64,000 nt of DNA from an uncultured bacterium. Lineage in GTDB: Bacteria; Krumholzibacteriota; Krumholzibacteriia; LZORAL124-64-63. The DNA lies in NCBI GenBank assembly GCA_963727525.1, contig CAVSGO010000003.1, forward strand, positions 224,001 through 288,000, given 5' to 3'. Positions 39,196-49,442 of the stretch are shown here, piece by piece; positions within the stretch are counted from its first letter, which is position 1; each line of letters begins with the position of its first letter. A program made the translations under genes and the position numbers. The notes beneath the pieces were generated by a model, which did no database searches, was not told the origin of the DNA, and saw only the letters and a program-made list of their open reading frames with translations.

Positions 39196-39855
39196 ATGAG
39201 AACCCACGGCCTTGCCCTCGCGATCCTGACGGTCACGCTCATCATAGGGGGCTGCCAGACCGATACGGCCACCAAGCCGGACGATGGCGCCATGATCTCA
39301 GGCGCCACCGCGACCAAGGGTCTCGACGACCCGGCCTACTTCGACGATCTCGCCGGACAGATCGACAACCTCACCTGGCGGCGATTCAACGCACAGGTGG
39401 ATCTGGCGGGAGATTACGTCGAGTTCCGGCCGCCGACCTGGCCCCAGGACATGGTCTTCTCGGTGCGGATCGTTCCGCCACCAGAGTGTGGTCTGGTGCC
39501 TGGGACGACCTTCCAGTCCATCGCCATCGACCTGCCGCGGTGGCCCGCGGACGCCGACGCGGGGCCGATCGGCGACGGCACGCAGCTCCCGGTGCGATTC
39601 TGGCACCTTCCCGTGGGCGATTTCGACGTGGAGCTGGGTCTCTGCTTCGCACCGTGGCAAGACCTCGCCGCCTGTGACAATACCATCCTCGTCTATGATC
39701 TGAGCGACGCTCGGGCGGGCTTGCTACGGTTCGACGTCTTCCACGTGACGTATCCGATCCCCTCGAACGACTCCCCGCTGGTCGTCGACCCGTCGGAATG
39801 TACGACGCGTGACGACCCGGCGATCAAGATCGTCGAGCAGAAAGTCATCGACTAG
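39196..39855 (+). CDS. Hypothetical lipoprotein
   Basis: RBS GGGAGG, lipobox IGGC. Confidence 0.7.
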   Translation: MRTHGLALAILTVTLIIGGCQTDTATKPDDGAMISGATATKGLDDPAYFDDLAGQIDNLTWRRFNAQVDLAGDYVEFRPPTWPQDMVFSVRIVPPPECGLVPGTTFQSIAIDLPRWPADADAGPIGDGTQLPVRFWHLPVGDFDVELGLCFAPWQDLAACDNTILVYDLSDARAGLLRFDVFHVTYPIPSNDSPLVVDPSECTTRDDPAIKIVEQKVID

Positions 39856-39896
39856 GGCGCGACGGACCTTCACGCCTCGACGCGAACCGCGCCGGG

Positions 39897-42800
39897 TCAG
39901 AATGCGGTATGGACCGCCGTGAAGGCCCAGTAGTAGGGATGCTGCCAGGACTTGCTCGCCATCCGCACCTCGATCTGGGCGGTTCGCAATGCGGCCGCCC
40001 TCGTCGTTCCTGCCAGCAAGTGGTGATAGAAGCGTTCGGCCAGCATGCGCGCCGCGTCGTCGTCGACCTTGATGGACGACGCGACCACGGCCACCGCGCC
40101 GGCCCCGAGGAACGAGCGCACGAAACTGTCGGTCGATAGGCCACGATCGTTCGCGACCCGCGCCGTCTCGCAGCAGGAGAGATAGACGAGCGCGGCGTCC
40201 AGAGGGAGACTCCGGATCTCGCGGGGCGTGAGACCCCCGCCAGGTGATCCGGCGAGCAGGAGCGCGGAGTATTCCGGCGCACCCGGAAGGAACGTGGCGT
40301 GGCTCGCCACATGAATGGTGCCGAAGCGCGCGATGTCCAGGGACCGAACCTCGTTCCACGTCGCACGCTCACCCATCAGCATCTCGACCCTGCCGGCCGG
40401 CCAGAGAGCGGCCACGGCCTTGCCCTCGGATTCGGCCTGACGGAGTCCGTCGTTGCCGTGCCGTGCGTCATTGTTTGCCAGGACAAGGAGCGGGCGGACT
40501 GCAGGGGTGGGGGCAGGCAAGTCCACGGGTCGGTCGAGAGTCAGGTCGCCGAGGACCACGGGTCCGTGGTCGATCACCAGCACAGGCGCGCCGTCCGGTA
40601 CCGCCGCCTCCGGCTGCATCGGTTCAGGTAGTGCGGCCCAGGGCAGATCGATCAGCTCGGCGTCGGGGACGATCTCGAGCGTGCCTCCTGCCGGCCAGTG
40701 AGACCAGACCTGCGTCAGCAGGATCGACGCGAGTTCGCGCGCGGCAACCCAGTCCACCACGCGATCCGGGTATTCCATGTCCGTGATCACGTCGCGCGCC
40801 AGTGTCGCGATCCGCTGACGGTCGGGCAACTCCGACCACCACCAGTGGCCGTTGTTCGTCACCCACACGAACGCACGCTGGTCGCCGAGCAGGAACACCG
40901 CCAGGGGATCGTCGCGCTTCGCGGGCACGGGCAGTTCGCGCGTGCGGCCCCGGAGGATTCGGGCCACTCGTACGAATGCGGTCGCGCCGCCGTCGCCACG
41001 GGTACGGACCTGGGGAAAATCCCAGAGGAGGGACGCCGTGAATTCCGCCACCTCGCGCGCGAGTCCGTGCTGGGCCGCTCTCACGACCTCGTTCTCGACG
41101 TCGTCGACGGCTTCGCCGCGGACGAAGACGACGTCGCCCAGCAATTGGTTCGCGAGCTTCGGGTCATCCCGGCTCGCGGCGATACGCGCCTGCTCGAGTC
41201 GCAGGCGCGACCGGAGATCGCGGGGAGCGTCATGGGTCAGCATGGCGTCCACTTCCTCGAAGCAACGGCTGGCGTTCCCGACATCAGCCTCGCGCGCCCA
41301 GGCGATGCCGGTGAATAGCCTGGCCGCGATCCTCGGCCAGAACACGGGAGTGTCGAGATTCGCCGCGAAGAGTGCACGCGCCTCCGCGAGACGGCCGTCG
41401 CGGATCAGGATCTCACCGAGCCGGACCTGGCTACGGTCGATCAGCGGATCGTCGCGCATGCGTGTCGCCAGCTCGAGGCACTGCTGGTACGCGTCGACCG
41501 CGGTTGCATCGTCGCCCGCTAGGGCTGCCACCTCGGCGCGGCATTGCTGGAAGCGCCAGGAGGTCTGCAGGTTCTGGGTGGCGAAAGGATGCTCGGCCGC
41601 TCGCCGTAGCCTGTCGCGAGCCGCACCGAGATCGCCCTGCCTGGCACGGACGCGGGCGCCGATCAGCAGCAGTTCCCAGGCCGGATCCTGGTTTCCGCTC
41701 GAGAGAAAGAGCTGGTCGCTCCTGGCCTCGGCCGCGGCAAGATGCTCGATGGCCTGTGCGACGCGACCGGTTTCCAGGTCTTGCTGGACGAGATCGATCA
41801 GGAGCGAGCCGACCGAGCGGGTGTCGCCCTGGCGCGAGTCCCGAGCCTTGACCAGCGAGAGCAGGGAGTCGGCAGAGGCGAATTGCCCTTCCTGAAGGTC
41901 GATCCACATCCAGGCTTCGGTGATGGCATTGGCCGCCCGCCCACCTGTCCAGGTCGCATCGAGGTCCTCGGCCCGGTGCATCCAGTACAGGACCGAGTCC
42001 GGCGCCACGGCACGCCTGTGGACACTTCCGATGCCCAGGATGCTCTTGATGATGCCGAAGGTATCGCGCGTGGCGACCGCCAGCTCGCGCGTGCGGTGGA
42101 TCATCGCCAGCTCGCCGCTCAGATCACCCCGACTGTGCGCCAGGATCGCCAGCCGGCCCACGGCGACCCGTGTCCAGTTGGGGTAGCCCTCCGCGATCGC
42201 AAGAGTTTCGCATTCCGTGAAGATGGAGCGTGCGACATCATACTCGCACCGCGCGTCGCAGATCTGCCCCTGGAGGAGTCGGACCTGGATCTCCAGGTAG
42301 GGAGCATGCGCGCGGCGCGCGCATGCCGCGGCGTCCGCGCAGGCGACCAGGGCATCGCCGAGACTTCCAGCCCACAGGCTCGAACGCGCGATGTCGTACC
42401 AGTAGAGACCCGCGAGTACGGGGCCGCCCTCGTGCCAGGCCTCCTCGAGGTGAGCAGCGAGCCGCGCGATGCCGTCGGCGTGACGACCGGCGCGGCTCTC
42501 CACGAGCGCGAGGCGGTACGTGAGCCAGAGGCGTTGCAACGGATCGAGTTCGTCCGCCCGCGCCGACGCCGCCCAGAAGGCGTCGATGGCATCGGATCGG
42601 CGACCCCATTTGCGGCGGGCAAAGACGAATCGTGCGACGGCCGAGGTCGAGTCGTCACCTGCCGCGAGTGCGACCATCCGCTCGTAGGCGTCCTGCCGTC
42701 GCAGGAACTGATGCTCGGTGACGGCCGCGTCGATGCACAGGAAATCGTCAGGATGGGCTTCCCAGCGGCGGAAGAGGCTGTCCTCGGCGGCTACGCGGTC

Positions 42801-43085
42801 GTCGGGATCGTTGAGCCCGGCCCGGATCCGTAAGTACGCCTGGAGCCGATCGTCGTAGGGGGCGTGCCGGTCTTCCTCCCGGAACAGCGAATGCTGGAGC
42901 GAATCGGTCGGCGCGAGGGCAAGGCTCGGTTGGAGCGACGGTGCGATGTCCGATGACATGTCAGCGGAGAGGCGCTGGCAACCGGAACCGGCGACGATGA
43001 TGAGGAGGGTGATCGTCAGCCGGAATTTGCCGATGTTCGCCGACATGCCGCGGGTTGCCATCGAGATGCCGTTTCGCTCGCGCAT
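39897..43085 (-). CDS. TPR-CHAT (caspase-like) protease, probably exported or lipidated
   Basis: Long helical TPR-like region. CHAT motifs 'IVPD.EL..LPWAAL', 'IHVASH' (His), 'VYLSCCET' (Cys), 'HPYYWAF'. N-terminal hydrophobic stretch ending GSGC. Start uncertain (43085, 43061 or 43046). Confidence 0.85.
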   Translation of the reverse strand: MRERNGISMATRGMSANIGKFRLTITLLIIVAGSGCQRLSADMSSDIAPSLQPSLALAPTDSLQHSLFREEDRHAPYDDRLQAYLRIRAGLNDPDDRVAAEDSLFRRWEAHPDDFLCIDAAVTEHQFLRRQDAYERMVALAAGDDSTSAVARFVFARRKWGRRSDAIDAFWAASARADELDPLQRLWLTYRLALVESRAGRHADGIARLAAHLEEAWHEGGPVLAGLYWYDIARSSLWAGSLGDALVACADAAACARRAHAPYLEIQVRLLQGQICDARCEYDVARSIFTECETLAIAEGYPNWTRVAVGRLAILAHSRGDLSGELAMIHRTRELAVATRDTFGIIKSILGIGSVHRRAVAPDSVLYWMHRAEDLDATWTGGRAANAITEAWMWIDLQEGQFASADSLLSLVKARDSRQGDTRSVGSLLIDLVQQDLETGRVAQAIEHLAAAEARSDQLFLSSGNQDPAWELLLIGARVRARQGDLGAARDRLRRAAEHPFATQNLQTSWRFQQCRAEVAALAGDDATAVDAYQQCLELATRMRDDPLIDRSQVRLGEILIRDGRLAEARALFAANLDTPVFWPRIAARLFTGIAWAREADVGNASRCFEEVDAMLTHDAPRDLRSRLRLEQARIAASRDDPKLANQLLGDVVFVRGEAVDDVENEVVRAAQHGLAREVAEFTASLLWDFPQVRTRGDGGATAFVRVARILRGRTRELPVPAKRDDPLAVFLLGDQRAFVWVTNNGHWWWSELPDRQRIATLARDVITDMEYPDRVVDWVAARELASILLTQVWSHWPAGGTLEIVPDAELIDLPWAALPEPMQPEAAVPDGAPVLVIDHGPVVLGDLTLDRPVDLPAPTPAVRPLLVLANNDARHGNDGLRQAESEGKAVAALWPAGRVEMLMGERATWNEVRSLDIARFGTIHVASHATFLPGAPEYSALLLAGSPGGGLTPREIRSLPLDAALVYLSCCETARVANDRGLSTDSFVRSFLGAGAVAVVASSIKVDDDAARMLAERFYHHLLAGTTRAAALRTAQIEVRMASKSWQHPYYWAFTAVHTAF

Positions 43086-43210
43086 GCCCTCCCGTGGACT
43101 TCCCCCGACTCCGATTCTATAATAATGGCCCCCGGTACGATGGCGGGCAACCCGAGTCACGGGTCGGCCGATTCCTGACGCCGACCGTCAACCTGTCGCG
43201 ATGAAGGCCC

Positions 43211-43861
43211 ATGTCTCCCACGGATCCCAGCTGCTCGCCTGAGGAGCTTGCTCCCCATCTCGACGCCTATCGTGGCGGCGATGGCGAGGCTGCGGACCAC
43301 CTGAGTCGCGTGCTGTGGCCGCCGGTGCGTCGCGCCGTGGCGGATCTGCTCGGTGACGACCACGGGGATTGCGACGACGTCATCCAGGAAGCCCTGCTGG
43401 CGGCAATGGCCTATCTGCGTCGCGACGAGGTTTTCGAGGGCGACTTCGCCCGCCTGGCGGTCACCATCGCGCGGAACCGCTGCCGCGACCTGTTGCGCCG
43501 CCGCACGCGATTCCCTCACCTCGATATCGAGCCGCTCGCGGACTGGATCGTCGACAGGCAAGCCTCGCCTCTCGATCACCTCGAAGCCGAGGAGAAGCGC
43601 CACATGATGCAGCAGGCGCTGGATCGCCTGGGGCCGGCTTGCCGCGAACTGCTGCACGCCATGTACGTGGACGAGGAGAAGACCGAAGTCATTCGACGGC
43701 GGCTCGGGCTGGGCACGGTTCAGGCGGTCTTCTATCGTCGGACCGCATGTGTGGATCAGATGAAAAATTACTTGCAGAAGTGGTCCCGCGTTCGTTCCGG
43801 AGCGGACGGCAAGGCCGCAGCTGGGGGACGAACACGGGGAGAGCGACACCATGAGCGATGA
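43211..43861 (+). CDS. ECF-type RNA polymerase sigma factor
   Basis: Region 2 'DDVIQE...TIARNRCRDLLR' and region 4 'ALDRLGPACRELL'. Confidence 0.88.
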   Translation: MSPTDPSCSPEELAPHLDAYRGGDGEAADHLSRVLWPPVRRAVADLLGDDHGDCDDVIQEALLAAMAYLRRDEVFEGDFARLAVTIARNRCRDLLRRRTRFPHLDIEPLADWIVDRQASPLDHLEAEEKRHMMQQALDRLGPACRELLHAMYVDEEKTEVIRRRLGLGTVQAVFYRRTACVDQMKNYLQKWSRVRSGADGKAAAGGRTRGERHHER

Positions 43862-44606
43862 CCGGAATCGCCTATCCGAGCTCGAGAACTACGAGTGCAT
43901 CGATCCTGCGGTCGGCGCCGAGCTATGGAAGCGCGAGGTTCCGAATACGGACGCCGAGACACGCCGCCGCCTCGAGTCGCACCTCGACTTCTGCGCCGCG
44001 TGCCGCCTGCGCGCCGCGGTCGGCGATGAACTCGCCGCGGGATTACGCACCGGTGAACTTCGTGTGAGCGGTCGGCAACACGTAGCCTGGCGGCGGGCCA
44101 GGCGTTTCAGCGGCGTCGGGGCCGGTGCGCTGGCGGCCGGGCTGGCGCTGATGTTCCTCATACCCCCGGTGCCGGTAGGCCACGGGCACCTCGTTCGCGG
44201 TGGTGAGCGGGCGGGGATCGTGCGCCCGCTCCCGGACGAGGAGATCGTCTCGGCGCGTCCGGAGATCCACTGGCACCCGGTCGACGCCGCTTCCTCCTAC
44301 CGGGTCACGGTCAGGGATGTCGCGGAGAATTACGACTACTCCGAAGAAACGCGCGCGAACCACCTGCAGATCCCTGCGGATCGAGCCTTGCCGCCGCACT
44401 CGCGCTTCCGTGTCACCGTCGAGACCGTGCCGGCCGACCTCTCACCTGCCGGTGGCTGGCGCACGTCGTTCGCGCGCGTGTCGCTCGGCGAGTTCTTGAT
44501 GTACAGGGTTCGCTCGTCGCATCCCTTGGCGCGGTGGACCGGACTCGCCGGGCTGCTGGCGCTCGGTACGGCACTCGTACTCGCCATCAGGTCGCCCAGA
44601 CCGTAG
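43851..44606 (+). CDS. Zinc-finger (ZAS) anti-sigma factor with two TM helices
   Basis: 'HLDFCAAC' HxxxCxxC motif, TM1, Fn3/Ig-like domain, C-terminal TM2. Overlaps the sigma gene. Confidence 0.8.
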   Translation: MSDDRNRLSELENYECIDPAVGAELWKREVPNTDAETRRRLESHLDFCAACRLRAAVGDELAAGLRTGELRVSGRQHVAWRRARRFSGVGAGALAAGLALMFLIPPVPVGHGHLVRGGERAGIVRPLPDEEIVSARPEIHWHPVDAASSYRVTVRDVAENYDYSEETRANHLQIPADRALPPHSRFRVTVETVPADLSPAGGWRTSFARVSLGEFLMYRVRSSHPLARWTGLAGLLALGTALVLAIRSPRP

Positions 44607-44783
44607 CGACCATTCCCTACGCGACCAAAATCTCCTTGCAAGCCGAGTGCTGATCCGTTCTGGGGCGGATCCACCGCAGCCGCGCGGTCGGGTACCGCGA
44701 TGCCGACCGTCGTATCGCGGTCGGGATCGTTCGGAAGGGTCATGCCGAGCCCACGTCGGGCCGGCGCAGAGAGAGGAGATCCC

Positions 44784-47700
44784 ATGTTCAAAGCAGGAAT
44801 GGTATGTCTCGTGCTCGGCATTGCCGGATTGGCTTTCGCGCAGAGCGCCATCGAGGTCACCGGCGTTGGCGCCGGTGGCGAGTTGCATACGGCCGTCTTC
44901 AATCCGCTGAATCCAGACGAGATCCTGATGGGCGAGGACATGTGCGGCGTGGTCATCTCCTCATCCGACGGTAGCCAGGTCCACTGGTCGCCCTACAACG
45001 AGAACCTCATCAACGAGGACAACCAGGAAACCTCCAACGTCTATGAGATCCACGCGATCGAGAGCAACGGCACCGTGCAATACGTCGCCGCGACAGTCGG
45101 GGGGCTCTACACCCGCTGGGCTGGCCAGACGTCCTGGGTTGCCATGACCTCCACGAACCACTGGTACAACGACGGTTCGACGGGCTTTGACCGGGCGATC
45201 CCATTCTGCTGTATCGACGACAACGGCGAAGGCATTCTGGTGGCAGGCGCGGGTGTGAATCTGCATTCGCGGGCCACCGACACCGAGGATGATTCCAATG
45301 GCGTACGGCTCTACCCCGGTCTGGACGGTACGATCTCGAGTCCGTGGGGAAGCACGCAGTACACCGTCTGGATCAAGGAAGGTGCCGGCGCCACGTGGCA
45401 GCCCTACACCTATGGCTCGACCGAATGTGCATTCGGTGCGGCCCGCGACATCATCATCCGCAAGGTCGACGGCACGAATTACATCATCGTCACCACGGAC
45501 TCGGGAATCTGGATGCATGACATGGGCGCGGGTCCCTGGGTGAATCTGGCCGACCTCGACGCGTACGTCTATGGCGTCCAGCGCGGTCCGCTGCGCCACT
45601 ACGGCTGCTCGGAACCATACTCGGGCGCATGCGGCCTCCATCCCTGGAACCTGTATCTCACCGCACGGGGCACGCTGTACGCGACCCTGGCGCGCAAGAC
45701 ACCTCAGCCCGACTACGACTCCCAGGCTGTGATCTACGCCGGGCTCTACAAGATTCACGACCTCTTCAACACCACCGCGCGCGAGTGGCACTGGGTCGGC
45801 AACGCCACGGCCCTGCCACGCAACGATACCGTCTACACCTGGAATGGGTCGTGGAGCGTGCTCGAAACGCTCAGCCTGGACGTCATCGGCAGGGGCGACC
45901 TGAACTGGGGTGCCCACACGCCGCTGACCTATCCGATCCGCCTGAACGTCCTCGAGGGTACCGGAGCCGACGATGACATCGTCTACCTGGGTTGCGCGAC
46001 CAGCGGTTCCTGCGGTCTCCTGGAAGGGACCGTCGAGTACTCGCCCACCGTCGATTCCAGCACCTGGCGCAGCCTGTTCTACTCGCAGGATGGAATCCCG
46101 TACCAGAGCACGCACGAGCCGATGACCGAGGAGGAGTTCGGCTGGAGCGCCATGCATGGCGTTCGCGTCAACTTCAATCCCGACGTCTACCACGACGGTT
46201 CCGACCTGCGCCTGGTAGTGCAGGCAGGCGTCACGCCGCTCTATTCCGAAGACGGAGGCACCCACTGGCACCAGATCCAGGACCAGTACGACGCGACCTG
46301 GCCCGGAAGTCGAACCCTCGGCTACAACGAGATCTGCGTCACCGGTCTCGATGTCGATGCCGGCGGCAACCTCGTGCTGAGTACCGGAGATTGCGGGCTC
46401 TTCGAGGAGAACGATGGCGGGTTCTTCGAGTATCGCGACGTTCGCTCCTGCGACGGCAGCGACACCTGGGAGGATCCGTGTTACGACAACGCCGAGACCG
46501 GCGCGGTTCAGGTGGCGGCAAACTGGGAGGGTAGCGGCTATCCCGCCACCATTGTCGTCGCCGGCGAGGTCAGCCAGGGGTCGACCGGCTCGCACAAGTT
46601 GCTGGCGCTCGAACACGATGGTACGTGGATTCACGTCACCGCCGGATTGAGCAGCGTCATCACGAATATCGCGGACCTGGATCTCCGAATCGAGGACTTC
46701 ATCGTCGTCGACGGTACGACGATCTACATGGCGTTCGAGACGGATTCCAATTATCCGACGGAGAGCCGCGGTGTGGCGATAGGAGCGTATGCCACCGGCG
46801 GCTGGACGTGGACCATCACGACGGCCGGACTCTCCGGCGATCCCAACCTGTCGCAGCTGCGAGACCTGGAGTATTTCCCCGAGTACGGCCGGTTGTTCCT
46901 GGCGGCCAACACGGGTGTCTGGTTCTACGATCTCAACAATCCGACCTGGATCAATCTGTGTGGTTCCGGTGCTCCCGAACTGGCGCCCTTCAAGGACGTG
47001 CTCTGCCTGGCGCGCGATACCGCCGGTACGCGGCTTTACGCAGGGACTCAAGGTGGCACTGGCAGCGAGATCGGAACCGTGCTCAAGTGCACCGATCCCG
47101 GCTCTTTGCGCCCGTTCCCGGGATTCACGCCGATGGTCAACACCACGGGAACGGGGCGGCCGTTCGGATTCGAGCAACCCGCCTTCTACTATCCGCTCGA
47201 CGATCCCGATCAGTCCCTCACTGCTGTCCACGCGCTGGCGGTCAAGCCTGGCAAACCCAACCAGATCGCCGTGGGAATCATGGTGACCGGGTACGAGACC
47301 CATGGCTTCTTCTCGCAGTGTGGCGTCTACATGTACGGGCGAAACCGCAACTGTCCCACGTGGGAGGAGCTCTACGTGAATACGCCCTACAAGGGGCTAC
47401 CGGTCGCTCATCTGAAGTTCAATAACCTGGATGATGATATCCTGCACGTGGGCCACGCCGGATACGGTGCTGTGAACATCGATCTGGGGCTCGTCAATCC
47501 TCCGGGTTGCGGTGGAGGCGGCGATCCGCAGCTGTGGTTCCGCAGTCAGGGGACGCAGGTCAACACCGACGGACAGGCTGTCTTCGCATTGCGCCTCGAG
47601 CAGTCAGCCGAAGTCTCGATGAAGGTGTACGACGTGCGCGGGCGCCTCGTGTCCCGTACGCACTACGGCGTCCTCGCTGCGGGTCAGCACGAGCTTGCGT

Positions 47701-47807
47701 GGAACGGACGGGGTCAGCACGGAGAACGCGTCGCTTCGGGCGTGTACTTTGCGCGGGTCACGGCCGGTGGCGCTGCCGCGTCGCAACGGGTCGTGATGAT
47801 CAGGTAG
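44784..47807 (+). CDS. Large secreted beta-propeller (BNR/VPS10-like) protein with FlgD-Ig CTD
   Basis: RBS GAGGAG, signal peptide, Asp-box 'YSEDGGTHW', CTD 'VYDVRGRLV...WNGR...ASGVYFARV'. Confidence 0.8.
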   Translation: MFKAGMVCLVLGIAGLAFAQSAIEVTGVGAGGELHTAVFNPLNPDEILMGEDMCGVVISSSDGSQVHWSPYNENLINEDNQETSNVYEIHAIESNGTVQYVAATVGGLYTRWAGQTSWVAMTSTNHWYNDGSTGFDRAIPFCCIDDNGEGILVAGAGVNLHSRATDTEDDSNGVRLYPGLDGTISSPWGSTQYTVWIKEGAGATWQPYTYGSTECAFGAARDIIIRKVDGTNYIIVTTDSGIWMHDMGAGPWVNLADLDAYVYGVQRGPLRHYGCSEPYSGACGLHPWNLYLTARGTLYATLARKTPQPDYDSQAVIYAGLYKIHDLFNTTAREWHWVGNATALPRNDTVYTWNGSWSVLETLSLDVIGRGDLNWGAHTPLTYPIRLNVLEGTGADDDIVYLGCATSGSCGLLEGTVEYSPTVDSSTWRSLFYSQDGIPYQSTHEPMTEEEFGWSAMHGVRVNFNPDVYHDGSDLRLVVQAGVTPLYSEDGGTHWHQIQDQYDATWPGSRTLGYNEICVTGLDVDAGGNLVLSTGDCGLFEENDGGFFEYRDVRSCDGSDTWEDPCYDNAETGAVQVAANWEGSGYPATIVVAGEVSQGSTGSHKLLALEHDGTWIHVTAGLSSVITNIADLDLRIEDFIVVDGTTIYMAFETDSNYPTESRGVAIGAYATGGWTWTITTAGLSGDPNLSQLRDLEYFPEYGRLFLAANTGVWFYDLNNPTWINLCGSGAPELAPFKDVLCLARDTAGTRLYAGTQGGTGSEIGTVLKCTDPGSLRPFPGFTPMVNTTGTGRPFGFEQPAFYYPLDDPDQSLTAVHALAVKPGKPNQIAVGIMVTGYETHGFFSQCGVYMYGRNRNCPTWEELYVNTPYKGLPVAHLKFNNLDDDILHVGHAGYGAVNIDLGLVNPPGCGGGGDPQLWFRSQGTQVNTDGQAVFALRLEQSAEVSMKVYDVRGRLVSRTHYGVLAAGQHELAWNGRGQHGERVASGVYFARVTAGGAAASQRVVMIR

Positions 47808-47895
47808 CTGGTCCGTCACTATCCGTCGCGCGTACAAGGAGGCCGGGAGTCGTCGCTCCCGGCCTTCTCGTCGGTTCGGCCGACGGGGTAAACTC

Positions 47896-47944
47896 TTGAC
47901 TGCCCGCCGCCTTTCCGGTACTTTGTTCGGGGTTCGTACAAAGC
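47896..47944 (+). promoter_or_regulatory. Sigma70 promoter plus ROK-type operator (copy 4)
   Basis: TTGACT-N17-TACTTT (47896-47924). Palindrome ACTTTGTTCGGGGTTCGTACAAAGC (47920-47944). Confidence 0.8.
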
Positions 47945-47987
47945 GTCGCCATGTCTCGAACGCGACCCCTGGCAGGAGTTGACGCCC

Positions 47988-49442
47988 ATGACCGCCGCCA
48001 CGCACGCGCCGACCGCACCCGAAGATCGCATCGCCCTGGGGCAGAAGGTCGCCTACGGGGCCGGCGCGTTCGTCAACAACCTGCTGGCCGCGGCCAGCGG
48101 GGGCATGATGATCGTGCTCAACCTCGGCCTGGGCATGGATCCGGCGCTGGTGGGGCTGCTCGGGGCGCTGCCACGCCTCACCGATGCGTTCACCGATCCG
48201 CTGATGGGATACATCTCCGATCACACGAAGACGCGCTGGGGGCGCCGCCGCCCGTACATCTTCTGGGGGGCGATCGCGGCGGGCGTGATATTTGCGCTGT
48301 TGTGGCAATTGCCGCGCGGCCACAGTCAGACCTTCCTCTTCGTCTACTTCCTCGTGGGTTCGATTCTTTTCTATGGCGGCTACACGGTCTTCGCCACGCC
48401 ATGGGTGGCGCTCGGCTATGAGCTCACGCCCGACTACCACGAGCGCACGCGCCTGATGGGCACGCAGAACTTCATCGGCCAGCTCGCCTACGTGGTGTCG
48501 CCATGGTTCCTGTGGATCATGACGTCACGGCGCTTCTTCCCCGACCAGGTGTCCGGCGCAGCGGGCCTGGCGATCGTCGTCGCGGTGGTGGCGATCGGCC
48601 TGGGCATCCTGCCGGCACTGCTGCTGCGCGAGCGCATGCTCAACGTCGCCGTTGCCGAGTCCGAGGCTGCCGATACCGGGGCCACGGGCCTGCGGCGCAA
48701 CCTGGCGGAGTTCTTCCGCGGTTTCGGCACGACGCTGGCGTCAGGGCCGTTTCTCAAGCTCTGCGTGGCCACGTTTACGGTATTCAACGGCTTCATGCTG
48801 ATCTCGTCGTTCCAGTATTACGTGATCATCTACTACGTCTGCGGCGGCGATCAGAACGTGGGCGCCAGATACTCCGGGTACGCCGGTACCGTGGGCGCCG
48901 TGTGCACGTTCCTCGTGGTCGTCTTCGTCACGTGGCTCTCCACGCGCATCGGCAAGCGGTCGGCTTTCTTCGTGGCCACCGGGCTGTCGATGGTGGGGTA
49001 TGCGCTGAAGTGGGTGTGCTACAATCCTGCCCACCCGATGCTGGTGGTGGCGCCGGCACCTCTGCTCGCATTCGGTCTCGGCGGGCTGTTCACGTTGATG
49101 CCCTCGATGATCGCCGACGTCGTGGACACCGACGAGCTGAAGACCCATCAGCGCCGCGAGGGCATGTTCGGTTCGATCTTCTGGTGGATGGTGAAGTTGG
49201 GCATGGCGGCGGCGCTGGCCGGGGGTGGCTACCTGCTCAACGCCACCGGCTTCGACGTGGCGCTCGGTGGCCAGCAGGCGGCGCGGTCGATCATCCTCAT
49301 GCGTCTGTGCGATGCGGGCATTCCCATCGTGACGTCGGCCATCGCGATCTGGGCTGTCGTGCGCTACCCCATCACCGAGGAACGCGCGCGCGAGGTACGA
49401 CGCGAACTCGAAGCCCGGCGAGGTCAAGCATGGGCCCAATGA
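47988..49442 (+). CDS. GPH-family (MFS) glycoside:cation symporter
   Basis: 'DAFTDPLMGYISD...TRWGRRRPYI', 'ELTPDYHERTRL', 'MIADVVD.DEL...RREG'. About 12 TM helices. Confidence 0.92.
   Translation: MTAATHAPTAPEDRIALGQKVAYGAGAFVNNLLAAASGGMMIVLNLGLGMDPALVGLLGALPRLTDAFTDPLMGYISDHTKTRWGRRRPYIFWGAIAAGVIFALLWQLPRGHSQTFLFVYFLVGSILFYGGYTVFATPWVALGYELTPDYHERTRLMGTQNFIGQLAYVVSPWFLWIMTSRRFFPDQVSGAAGLAIVVAVVAIGLGILPALLLRERMLNVAVAESEAADTGATGLRRNLAEFFRGFGTTLASGPFLKLCVATFTVFNGFMLISSFQYYVIIYYVCGGDQNVGARYSGYAGTVGAVCTFLVVVFVTWLSTRIGKRSAFFVATGLSMVGYALKWVCYNPAHPMLVVAPAPLLAFGLGGLFTLMPSMIADVVDTDELKTHQRREGMFGSIFWWMVKLGMAAALAGGGYLLNATGFDVALGGQQAARSIILMRLCDAGIPIVTSAIAIWAVVRYPITEERAREVRRELEARRGQAWAQ

Noticed and set aside
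39897-44606. Type III-E CRISPR (Craspase) locus
   Set aside because: No cas genes or array in the window, and the CHAT protein appears to be exported.
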